The notes under the pieces were generated by a model. It did no database searches. It had not been told where the DNA came from and saw nothing but the letters and a program-made list of their open reading frames with translations. The position numbers were made by a program, and so were the translations under genes. A stretch of 53,793 bases of DNA from Clostridia bacterium. GTDB taxonomy: Bacteria; Bacillota; Clostridia; Christensenellales; Borkfalkiaceae. Location of the stretch: the NCBI GenBank assembly GCA_900770685.1, contig CAAGLC010000120.1, positions 1-53,793 on the forward strand. The letters run 5' to 3'. Of this stretch, positions 1 through 8,114 are shown piece after piece (the first letter of the stretch is position 1; each line of letters starts with the position of its first letter).

Positions 1-1
1 A

Positions 2-307
2 GTTGATAGAAGAGGCGCAGGAATGACGGTAAAGCAAATATGCGCTGTCCTATTCCCCGACGATACTGACGACGTAAAAAATACCGCATATCTTCGTCAA
101 CTTATAATGGACTTAAAAAACACCTTAAAAACGGTGGGCGCTGACGCTGCGTTTTGTCACGAAACCCCGTTTTATCGCGTTGATACAAGTTTAATTAAAT
201 GTGATTATTTTAGTTATTTAGAAACGGGCAAACCAGAGTTTTTGGGTGAGTATATGACACAATTTAGTTGGGCAGACGAAACTTGTGCTTATCTACAATT
301 TAAATAG
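2..307 (+). CDS. C-terminal fragment of a winged-helix/BTAD-like transcriptional regulator (response-regulator output domain); the 5' end lies outside the window
   Basis: The frame is open from nt 2, with no stop before the listed ATG at 23. The tail (YRVDTSLIKCDYFSYL...EYMTQFSWADE) resembles output domains of clostridial SARP-like regulators. A hairpin plus T-run follows. Confidence 0.4.
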   Translation, partial: VDRRGAGMTVKQICAVLFPDDTDDVKNTAYLRQLIMDLKNTLKTVGADAAFCHETPFYRVDTSLIKCDYFSYLETGKPEFLGEYMTQFSWADETCAYLQFK

Positions 308-326
308 GATAACAGCAGTATATTAA

Positions 327-357
327 AAGAACGGTTTTTTATAGCCGTTCTTTTTTA
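327..357 (+). terminator. Rho-independent terminator
   Basis: Stem aagaacgg/ccgttctt followed by a T-run directly after the stop at 307. Confidence 0.7.
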
Positions 358-428
358 TTGTAACACTTTTGTAACACTGCATTTGTTAATATAACCATAT
401 AGTTTTTAAGTTAACAGGAGTAACCATA

Positions 429-839
429 ATGCTTATTTACATAATCTTATGTATAATCGCCGGAATTCTTTCGTTTATACTTCTTGGGTATCTAACAAAA
501 AAAGCCGATGGAGTGGTTTACAATAACCTTGACAACGTAGGCAAAATTACCAATATCGTATTAACGATTGCTTATGTTTTTATATCTCCATTATATCTTT
601 TTCTCGGTTTGATTTCAAATCCTGCGCATGAAGGATTTTTAGGTGTTATTGGTTGGATAATTAGTTTTTTAAACGCTTCAACTGCCTTGTTTTGTGGGCT
701 TGGTCTTGGCTTATCTGTTGCTTGGCGTAAAAAAGGCAAAAGCAAATTGAGTTTTGCTATTCAGTTTTTAGGTCTTGTTGCAATAGCTTTTACGGTAATA
801 CTCTTTCTAAACAATTTGCATGTGCTGACGTTATCGTGA
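429..839 (+). CDS. Small polytopic membrane protein, unknown function
   Basis: 136-aa ORF preceded by the SD-like caggag. It has about 4 hydrophobic segments. Its last ~12 codons read out of frame through the azoR-like remnant. Confidence 0.5.
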   Translation: MLIYIILCIIAGILSFILLGYLTKKADGVVYNNLDNVGKITNIVLTIAYVFISPLYLFLGLISNPAHEGFLGVIGWIISFLNASTALFCGLGLGLSVAWRKKGKSKLSFAIQFLGLVAIAFTVILFLNNLHVLTLS

Positions 840-1168
840 TTGCCGCCCCTTATTGGGATATGATGTTTCCAGCTGTTGTAAAAAATTACTTTGAAAAGAT
901 TACGGTAAACGGCTTGACTTTTGCTTATGGCGAAAATGGTATTCCTTATGGGTTATGCAAAGCAAAAAAACTCATTTACGTTACAACGTCTGGTGGACCT
1001 ATCGTTTATAATTTTGGGTTTGATTACGTTAACGCACTAGCTAAATGTTTTTATAATATACCTGAAGTTCAATTCGTTTCTGCAGAGGGGCTTGACGTTT
1101 ACGGTTCGGACGTTACTAAAATCATTAACGAAACTAAGCGAGCTTTTAATCCTGTTGGCGTTGATTGA
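836..1168 (+). pseudogene. 5'-truncated FMN-dependent NADH-azoreductase / flavodoxin-like fold oxidoreductase remnant
   Basis: Translation (A)DVIVIAAPYWDMMFPAVVKNYFEKITVNGLTFAYGENG...KKLIYVTTSGGP matches only the C-terminal ~110-120 aa of AzoR-like proteins of ~200 aa. In-frame similarity (KQFACADVIV) continues ~25 nt upstream of the GTG without a credible start or SD. Confidence 0.6.
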
Positions 1169-1382
1169 TTGCTAATATTCACGCAATAATTAAAGAAGCT
1201 ATAAAAAAGGTTATAATATATAGATAGACGGTATGGGAAAATGATGCCGTCTTTTCTATTGCTAAAAATAAATAAAGATATTTCAAAGTAAAAAATGATG
1301 GTAAAATTCTTCGGTTTTAACACGGAAAATGCACGTTGGGTTAGAACAGCGAAATTAAGATAGGTATAATTCTAAAAATGGA

Positions 1383-1421
1383 TAAAAAATAGCCCAAAAC
1401 ATATCGTTTTGGGCAAAAAAA
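1383..1421 (-). terminator. Rho-independent terminator downstream of the tRNA-derived element
   Basis: Stem gcccaaaa/ttttgggc, flanked on the minus strand by tatttttt. Confidence 0.6.
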
Positions 1422-1560
1422 TGGCACACCGTAAGGGGGATTCCCCTGTTAGGGGAAATGTCGCACGGTCATACAGCGATAATCCGTGGCGACAAAAGGG
1501 TTGCCGTCCGACGCTAGTCGATCGAACACCGTAGGGGTTCCTATCCCCTTTGGGGATAGC
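1421..1560 (-). ncRNA. Candidate structured RNA or tRNA-Arg-derived pseudo-element ending in a copy of the tRNA-Arg T-arm/acceptor/CCA end
   Basis: Visibly GC-rich ~140 nt in AT-rich intergenic DNA. Its 3' end on the minus strand, AGGGGaatCCCCCTTACGGTGTGCCA, parallels the tRNA 3' end AGGGGttcgagtCCCTTACGGTGTGCCA. It contains the hairpins ctatcccc/ggggatag and competing GGGG/CCCC runs. Hairpin+T terminators bracket it on both sides. Confidence 0.3.
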
Positions 1561-1596
1561 AAAAAAGACAAGGGGTTATTACTCCTTGTCTTTTTT
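1561..1596. terminator. Bidirectional hairpin terminator immediately 3' of tRNA-Arg
   Basis: Stem gacaagg/ccttgtc flanked by A6 and T6. Confidence 0.65.
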
Positions 1597-1598
1597 GA

Positions 1599-1675
1599 TG
1601 GCACACCGTAAGGGACTCGAACCCCTAACCTTTGCGTCCGTAGCGCAACGCTCTATCCAATTGAGCTAACGGTGC
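1599..1675 (-). tRNA. tRNA-Arg (anticodon ACG), CCA encoded
   Basis: The reverse complement GCACCGTTAGCTCAATTGGATAGAGCGTTGCGCTACGGACGCAAAGGTTAGGGGTTCGAGTCCCTTACGGTGTGCCA folds as a cloverleaf. The anticodon loop is CTACGGA and the T-loop is TTCGAGT. Confidence 0.92.
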
Positions 1676-1713
1676 ATATTTTCGTTTAGGCTATCTAAAA
1701 AGATAGCCTAAAC

Positions 1714-1742
1714 ATTTTATAATATTTTTTTACTTTTGTCAA
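1714..1742 (-). promoter_or_regulatory. Sigma-A type promoter upstream of tRNA-Arg
   Basis: Minus strand TTGACA, 17-nt spacer, TAAAAT. A leader hairpin gtttaggctatc/gatagcctaaac (1686-1715) lies between it and the tRNA. Confidence 0.5.
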
Positions 1743-1771
1743 ATTATTAAAACAAATACTTAAAATAACTT

Positions 1772-3586
1772 TTATAAAAGAACGGCTTTTATTCTTCTTA
1801 CGCCAGAAGACGAACTTTCCTCTTTCTTAATCTTAAACTTGCCGAGTTCTTTGGTATTAGCAACGTGAGGTCCACCACAAATTTGTTTATCTACTCCCTC
1901 TATGGTGTAAACGGTTACGAGTTGATCGTCGCTATCTGCGTGGAAAACGCCGTAAGCACCTTCTTTTACTGCTTGACTATATTTAACTTCGCTCCTTACC
2001 ACGTCAATCTCTTTACTAATAACGTCGTTAACGAAGTTTTCTAATTCCGTCAACTCTTCCGCCGTCATCTTATGGTCTAAGTTAAAGTCAAAACGAAGTC
2101 TTTCTTCGGTAATATTAGAACCTTTTTGTTCGGTCGCAGTTCCAAACATTTTTCTTAATCCCGCAAGCATAACGTGCGTTGCCGTATGGTACTTAATGGT
2201 TTTATCCGTTTGCTCGGTTAAACCACCCTTAGCACTTTGCGCTTGCGCCTTAGATAATTCTTGATGCGCCTTAAAACACTCGTTAAATCCTTTTTCGTCT
2301 ACGGTTAAATTTCTTTCACCTGCTAATTCTATCGTTAATTCGAGCGGAAAACCAAAAGTATCGTAAAGTCTGAACGCTTGCTTACCGTTAATCTCCGTTT
2401 CAATAGCGTAGTTTGGATCTTTAGCGCTCATAAACGCGTTCTTTCTTTCCATACCGATAATGCATTTATCGAACTCTTTAATACCAGACGCCAAAGTTGC
2501 TTCAAACTTCTTTGATTCCTTTTCTATTTCCGATAAAATATATTGTTCTTTTTCTACTAAGTTTGGATACGCCTCGTCGTAAACGGTTTCTATAAATATC
2601 TTAGCAACTTCTTGAAGAACTTCTGACGAAACGCTTAAATCTCTACAATATCTAATCGCTCTTCTTAAAAGTCTTCTTAAGATATAGCCTGCGCCCGTAT
2701 TAGACGGTACGATTCCGTTTTTATCGCCGATAAGCATAACTGCCGTTCTAACGTGGTCGGAAATAATACGCATTGCCTTTCTTGCTTTTTCATCATTGTC
2801 GTAACTTTTATTAGAAACGCTTTCTAAATATTTTATAGCGCCTTCAAATAAATCGGTTTTATATCCGTCGGACAAGCCGTTTAGGAAAACTAATAATCTA
2901 TCCAAACCAAAGCCTGTGTCAACGTTCTTGTTTTCCAACTCAGTATAGCCGTCTGCTTGCTTTTTATATTGCATATAAACGTCGTTACCTATCTCGACGT
3001 ATCTATCCGAAGTTAAAAAGTCTGAAGAATCCTTACCTTCCGTTCTCGGATAAAACCACTCGTTATCAGGTCCGCAAGGTGTTCCTACGGTTCCTTCTAA
3101 TTCCCACCAGTTATCTTTTTTGGGAAGATAAAAGATATTTTCCTCTTTTATTCCTAATTCTTTTAAGTAATTGGCAGTTTCTTCGTCACGCGGGACTAAA
3201 TCGTTTCCCTCGAATACGGTTGAACATATTTTATCCTTGTCAAACCCGAAAACTTCGGTTAACAATTCAAACGTCCAAGCAGTTTTTTCCTTTTTGAAAT
3301 AATCGCCGAGCGACCAGTTTCCCATCATCTCAAAAAAAGTGAAGTGCGTTGCGTCGCCAACCGAATCTATATCAACCGTTCTAACGCAACCTTGAACGTT
3401 ACAAAGCCTAGTTCCTTTCGGATGCGATTTACCAAGTAAATACGGCATAAGCGGTTGCATACCCGCAACGTTAAACATAACGCCCGTCGTTCCATCACCA
3501 ATAAGAGATACCGCGCCGATATTAACGTGCCCTTTGCTTTCGTAAAATTTAATCCATTTTTCCCTTAACTCTTTAGAAGTAATCAT
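1772..3586 (-). CDS. alaS: Alanine--tRNA ligase, compact 604-aa form
   Basis: Class II AlaRS motifs are present: FYESKGH, FFEMMGNWSLGDYFK, GFGLDRL. Editing-site motifs HTATH and CGGPH are also present. I place the start at the internal ATG at 3586, which has an AGAGGG SD and lies 2 nt after the cysS stop, not at the listed 3619. Confidence 0.85.
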   Translation of the reverse strand: MITSKELREKWIKFYESKGHVNIGAVSLIGDGTTGVMFNVAGMQPLMPYLLGKSHPKGTRLCNVQGCVRTVDIDSVGDATHFTFFEMMGNWSLGDYFKKEKTAWTFELLTEVFGFDKDKICSTVFEGNDLVPRDEETANYLKELGIKEENIFYLPKKDNWWELEGTVGTPCGPDNEWFYPRTEGKDSSDFLTSDRYVEIGNDVYMQYKKQADGYTELENKNVDTGFGLDRLLVFLNGLSDGYKTDLFEGAIKYLESVSNKSYDNDEKARKAMRIISDHVRTAVMLIGDKNGIVPSNTGAGYILRRLLRRAIRYCRDLSVSSEVLQEVAKIFIETVYDEAYPNLVEKEQYILSEIEKESKKFEATLASGIKEFDKCIIGMERKNAFMSAKDPNYAIETEINGKQAFRLYDTFGFPLELTIELAGERNLTVDEKGFNECFKAHQELSKAQAQSAKGGLTEQTDKTIKYHTATHVMLAGLRKMFGTATEQKGSNITEERLRFDFNLDHKMTAEELTELENFVNDVISKEIDVVRSEVKYSQAVKEGAYGVFHADSDDQLVTVYTIEGVDKQICGGPHVANTKELGKFKIKKEESSSSGVRRIKAVLL

Positions 3587-3588
3587 TA

Positions 3589-4986
3589 TTAACCCTCTTT
3601 TTTTATTAACGTGTAACAATCTTTAGCGTCTTTAATTTCGTATCCCAACTCTAAAAGTTGATTTCTTAGTTGGTCGGACGTTGCCCAATCCTTGTTTTGT
3701 CTAGCAATTAATCTGCGTTCTGCTATTTCTTTAATCTCAGAAGGAATTTCCAAGTTTTCCGTTTTAGCGTACTTTGAAAGGAAATCCTTAGCGTCTTTAG
3801 TAAACAATCCCAATAATGCATAGGTCTTTATAACCTGATTTATATCTGCGCCTGCGCTCTTATCACCGTTGGCAATTTTGCTTTTAATTTTCTTAAAAAT
3901 TCCGTAAAGATTGCTTATTGCAAGCGCGGTATTAAAGTCGTCGTCCATAGCAAGATTGAACTGCGCGTCTATTTCGGGGTTTTCACCAACTATTTCTATA
4001 CCCTTTTCCTTTGCAGAAAGAATTACGTTATAGAAATCACAAAGGTGTTTTTCTGCTTCTGGGAATAGTTTATCCGTTACGTTTATATCCCCCCTATAGT
4101 TAGTTTCAAGCAAAGCGAACTTAACCGTTTCGTCGGAATATTTATCAAGCAAATCCTTAAGCAATAAACTGTTTCCCAACGACTTACTCATTTTTTGTCC
4201 GTTAACTTTGATTAATCCGTTGTGAATCCAATAGTTAACGAATTGTTTTCCCGTGAGCGCTTCGGTTTGTGCAATCTCGTTTTCGTGGTGCGGGAATATT
4301 AAATCGCGTCCGCCACCGTGAATATCGATACGGTCACCGAAAGTTTTTCTATTCATAGTCGAGCATTCTATGTGCCAACCGGGTCTTCCCTTTCCCCAAG
4401 GCGAATCCCACATTGGTTCACCCGGTTTTGCCGATTTCCATAAAGCGAAATCTAAAGGATTTCTCTTCATCTCGTCGTTTTCCACTCTAACGCCGTTCAT
4501 TGCGTCTTCTAAATTCCTATGCGAAAGTTTACCGTACGACGGAAAACTATCTACCGAAAAATAAACGTCGCCCTTTGGAACGGCGTATGCGTGCCCCTTT
4601 TCTATTAACGCTTCAACGAAAGCGATAATATCGTCGGTACACTCGGTTGCTTTAATCCAAACGGTAGGGTCGCCAACGTTAAATCTACGCATTTGCTCGT
4701 CTATATTCTTAATCATAGAAAGAGCGTACTCGTCGGCGGGAATTCCCGTTTCATTAGATTTTATTATGATTTTATCGTCAATATCGGTATAATTTCTCGC
4801 ATAAACTACCTGATATCCCGATTTTTCTAAGTATTTTCTTATTATATCGTAAATGAGCGCTTGATACGCGTGCCCTATGTGAGCTTCGCCGGAAACGGTT
4901 ATTCCACAAGCGTACATGGTAACCTTTCCTTCCTCTATAGGTTTAAATTCTTGCTTTGTTCCCGTTAAGGTGTTATATATTTTCAT
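3589..4986 (-). CDS. cysS: Cysteine--tRNA ligase
   Basis: Class I HIGH (HIGHAY) and KMSKS motifs, 465 aa. Confidence 0.95.
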   Translation of the reverse strand: MKIYNTLTGTKQEFKPIEEGKVTMYACGITVSGEAHIGHAYQALIYDIIRKYLEKSGYQVVYARNYTDIDDKIIIKSNETGIPADEYALSMIKNIDEQMRRFNVGDPTVWIKATECTDDIIAFVEALIEKGHAYAVPKGDVYFSVDSFPSYGKLSHRNLEDAMNGVRVENDEMKRNPLDFALWKSAKPGEPMWDSPWGKGRPGWHIECSTMNRKTFGDRIDIHGGGRDLIFPHHENEIAQTEALTGKQFVNYWIHNGLIKVNGQKMSKSLGNSLLLKDLLDKYSDETVKFALLETNYRGDINVTDKLFPEAEKHLCDFYNVILSAKEKGIEIVGENPEIDAQFNLAMDDDFNTALAISNLYGIFKKIKSKIANGDKSAGADINQVIKTYALLGLFTKDAKDFLSKYAKTENLEIPSEIKEIAERRLIARQNKDWATSDQLRNQLLELGYEIKDAKDCYTLIKKEG

Positions 4987-5010
4987 AATTTACTTCCTCT
5001 CTCTATAGCC

Positions 5011-5664
5011 TTATTGGTCTTTGTCTTGGTTGGTTTTTTCAATCTTATTGATTTTTTCTTCCAACTTAAACACCATATCTCTTAAATGACAAATCTCTTC
5101 GTGTAATGGGTCTTTCTTTTCTTGCTCGAAGTCGTTAGGAAGTTTTTCGCCGTTTATTCTTACAACTATTCCCGGCACGCCGACTACGGTTGCATATGCC
5201 GGAACTTCCTTTAATACTACTGCGCCTGCACCGATTTTAGCGTATTCACCAACGGTGAAGCCACCTAAAACCTTTGCTCCCGCGCTTATCATTACGCCTT
5301 TTTTTATGGTCGGATGTCTTTTGCCTTTTTCTTTACCCGTACCACCTAAGGTTACGCCTTGGTAAATAACTACTCCTTCTTCAATTTCCGCCGTTTCACC
5401 TATAACCACGCCTTCACCGTGATCGATAAAAACTCCACCTGCAATCTTTGCCGCAGGGTGAATTTCTATTCCCGTTAAAAACTTTGCAAATTGACTGGTT
5501 AACCTAGCAAGCGTCTTGAACTTGATTTTATATAAGAAGTTTGCCCATCTGTGCCATGATAACGCCTTAACTCCCGAATAGGTAAGCCATATTTCAAATT
5601 TATTTCTTGCAGCGGGATCGTTTTGCTTTGCAGCCCTAATATCCGCGCGTAATCTCTTAAACAT
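5011..5664 (-). CDS. cysE: Serine O-acetyltransferase
   Basis: Hexapeptide-repeat left-handed beta-helix region (GVVIGETAEI...GVTLGGTGKEKGKRHPTI) and a SAT-type N-terminus. Confidence 0.9.
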   Translation of the reverse strand: MFKRLRADIRAAKQNDPAARNKFEIWLTYSGVKALSWHRWANFLYKIKFKTLARLTSQFAKFLTGIEIHPAAKIAGGVFIDHGEGVVIGETAEIEEGVVIYQGVTLGGTGKEKGKRHPTIKKGVMISAGAKVLGGFTVGEYAKIGAGAVVLKEVPAYATVVGVPGIVVRINGEKLPNDFEQEKKDPLHEEICHLRDMVFKLEEKINKIEKTNQDKDQ

Positions 5665-5677
5665 TTTTATTATTCCC

Positions 5678-6436
5678 TTATACTACTTTTATTCCGTTTT
5701 GCTCCATAACGAGTTTGGCTTCTCGCGGGAAGTTTTTATCTACTACCATACAATTTACGTCAGTTAGACTAGCAAAAGTGTAAGGCGTTTTTTTGTTAAC
5801 CTTAGAACTGTCTAAAAGCATAATAACTAGGTCTGCCTTTTGAATAACGCTTCTTTTAACTTCAGCTTCCGATTGACTTCCACAAGTAAAACAACCGGTA
5901 TCTTTTATATATCCCGTTGCAGTCATTATCGCCGTTTCAATATTAATGCTATTTATGAAATCTATACAAGATTTTCCAACGGTAATAAAGGTGTTTTTGT
6001 TCAAATCTCCACCTAATAACGACACGGTTGGTTTATGCTTACGCAAAATTGTTTCGGCAATAATTAAAGCGTTTGTTAAAACGTAAAAGTTGTCGTCGGG
6101 AAGAGCCCTTGCAAAATACGTGGTCGTTGAACCTGCGTCTATAAAAATACAACTCTTTGGCTCGACAAGTTTTACCGCCTTTTCTGCAATTTCAAGTTTT
6201 TCCGCCGTGTTGTAATTAATACGCTCGGAAAAATCCGTTTCCTTCGCTCTTAAAACGGTATCAACTGAAAGCGCTCCTCCGGAAATTCTAATTATCGCGT
6301 TATTTTCTTCTAGACGGTTTAAGTCCCTTCTCAACGTCATTGACGAAACGTCAGGGAACATACACTCCAACTCGTGAAAAGTTATTTTTCCGTTTTTATC
6401 TATGAATTCCTTTATATGAAATAATCTATCCTTCAT
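5678..6436 (-). CDS. DeoR-family transcriptional regulator
   Basis: N-terminal HTH (VSSMTLRRDLNRLEE) plus a DeoR C-terminal sensor domain (FIDAGSTT). It sits 13 nt upstream of cysE. Confidence 0.85.
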   Translation of the reverse strand: MKDRLFHIKEFIDKNGKITFHELECMFPDVSSMTLRRDLNRLEENNAIIRISGGALSVDTVLRAKETDFSERINYNTAEKLEIAEKAVKLVEPKSCIFIDAGSTTTYFARALPDDNFYVLTNALIIAETILRKHKPTVSLLGGDLNKNTFITVGKSCIDFINSINIETAIMTATGYIKDTGCFTCGSQSEAEVKRSVIQKADLVIMLLDSSKVNKKTPYTFASLTDVNCMVVDKNFPREAKLVMEQNGIKVV

Positions 6437-6587
6437 TTAGGCTTCTCCCCTTTTGAAATATTTTACCACTTTAGCGTCCATTTTGCAAACGTAAAAGGTT
6501 ACAACTTAACAATTTTGTTAATTTTTTTCATTAACTTTTAATAGTTGTGTCATTTTAACAAAATCTTGGCATATTTAGCTTAAAACC

Positions 6588-6616
6588 TTGATTTTAATTT
6601 AAAATAAGTCTATAAT
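6588..6616 (+). promoter_or_regulatory. Sigma-A type promoter for serS
   Basis: TTGATT, 17-nt spacer, TATAAT. A GGAG SD precedes the ATG at 6649. Confidence 0.6.
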
Positions 6617-6648
6617 ATAAAAAAGTAGATTTTAACGGAGATTTAGAA

Positions 6649-7929
6649 ATGCTCGACCTAAGAAAAATTCAAGAAAATAAAGAAAAAATAACCGAACTTC
6701 TTGCTAGAAAAGGTTACGTTGCCGATTTCGACACCATTTTAGCGCTCGACGAGCAAAGAAGAAAAGTTATTTCAGAAGTTGAAGCCTTAAAGGCGGAAAG
6801 AAACAAAGTTTCTGCAACTATTCCGGCGTTAAAAAAGCAAGGTCAACCTGTTGACGCTATTTTTGCTGAAATGAGAACGCTCGGCGACAAGATTGCAGAG
6901 GGTGATAAAGAGGCGAAAGAACTTGACGAGAAGGTTTTTTCATTGCTTGCCGTTATACCTAACGTTCCGGACGAAGATTTGGCGTCAGGCGAAAAAGAAA
7001 GCAACGAAGTTATCAAAATCGTTGGTAAAAAGCCTGAATTTGACTTCCCTCTTCAAAACCACGTTGACCTTTGCACCAAACTCGGCATTATCGATTACGC
7101 AAGGGGTACTAAACTTTCCGGCGGTGGATTTTGGCTCTATAGAGGAGACGGCGCAAAATTAGAGTGGGCTTTATTAAATTTCTTTATTTCCGAACACTTA
7201 AAAGACGGTTACGAATTTATTCTTCCCCCTCACCAATTGGGATACAACTGTGGATTCGGAGCAGGTCAATTTCCCAAGTTCTCAGACGAGGTTTATTGGC
7301 TTGATTGCGACCAAACGAGAGAGAAAAACCGCTTTATGCTTCCCACGGCGGAAACTGCGCTCGTTAACTTATACGCAGGTGAAATCGTTGACGAGGCTAA
7401 ACTTCCAATGAAGTTCTTCGCTTACACTCCTTGTTATAGAAAAGAGGCAGGCTCATATAGAGCGGAAGAACGCGGTATGGTTAGAGGTCACCAATTCAAT
7501 AAAGTGGAAATGGTTCAATACGCTCACCCTGAAAAGAGTATGCAAGCGTTTAACGAATTAGTTGATAAAGCAGCTTCGTTGGTTGAAAAATTAGGACTAC
7601 ACTTCCGTGTTAGCAAACTTGCAGCAGGCGATTGCTCGGCTTCAATGGCTAGAACTTACGATATTGAAGTTTGGATTCCTTCTATGGGAATTTACAAGGA
7701 AATCAGTTCAGTTTCTAACGCAAACGACTATCAAGCAAGAAGAAACAACACCAAGTACCGTGATTCAAGAACTGGCAAACCTGCATTTTTACACACCCTT
7801 AACGGTTCGGGACTCGCAACTTCAAGAGTATTCCCCGCTTTAGTTGAACAATATCAAAATGCAGACGGCTCGATTACCATACCAAAAGTTTTAAGACCGT
7901 TTATGGGCGGACAAGAAGTTATTAAGTAA
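6649..7929 (+). CDS. serS: Serine--tRNA ligase
   Basis: N-terminal coiled-coil arm and a class II core (FMLPTAE, YTPCYRKEAGS, LNGSGLA), 426 aa. Confidence 0.95.
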   Translation: MLDLRKIQENKEKITELLARKGYVADFDTILALDEQRRKVISEVEALKAERNKVSATIPALKKQGQPVDAIFAEMRTLGDKIAEGDKEAKELDEKVFSLLAVIPNVPDEDLASGEKESNEVIKIVGKKPEFDFPLQNHVDLCTKLGIIDYARGTKLSGGGFWLYRGDGAKLEWALLNFFISEHLKDGYEFILPPHQLGYNCGFGAGQFPKFSDEVYWLDCDQTREKNRFMLPTAETALVNLYAGEIVDEAKLPMKFFAYTPCYRKEAGSYRAEERGMVRGHQFNKVEMVQYAHPEKSMQAFNELVDKAASLVEKLGLHFRVSKLAAGDCSASMARTYDIEVWIPSMGIYKEISSVSNANDYQARRNNTKYRDSRTGKPAFLHTLNGSGLATSRVFPALVEQYQNADGSITIPKVLRPFMGGQEVIK

Positions 7930-7967
7930 TTCTCTTTTTGTAAAATTTAATTTATTAAAAAATAAAA

Positions 7968-7996
7968 ATGCTATCTCATTTACGATAGCATTTTTT
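7968..7996 (+). terminator. Rho-independent terminator after serS
   Basis: Stem atgctatc/gatagcat followed by T6. Confidence 0.75.
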
Positions 7997-8052
7997 ATTA
8001 CCGTCTATTTTCTTGGCAACCAACCGTTTTCTCATTATAAGTTGAAAGCGTA

Positions 8053-8081
8053 TTGACTTTATTTTAACTCAATGATAAAAT
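8053..8081 (+). promoter_or_regulatory. Sigma-A type promoter with extended -10
   Basis: TTGACT, 17-nt spacer, TGaTAAAAT. Confidence 0.55.
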
Positions 8082-8114
8082 GTTTTTTAGAAAATATACT
8101 AAAAGGAATTTACT

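Noticed and set aside
1099-1323. 74-aa minus-strand ORF overlapping the 3' end of the azoR remnant
   Set aside because: It has an Ile/Phe/Asn-rich low-complexity translation and no SD. It spans a terminator-like hairpin and intergenic DNA.
6437-6648. Possible T-box leaders upstream of serS and of deoR-cysE-cysS
   Set aside because: I see no T-box consensus, no specifier-loop or antiterminator architecture and no terminator on either strand. Only ordinary promoter elements are visible.
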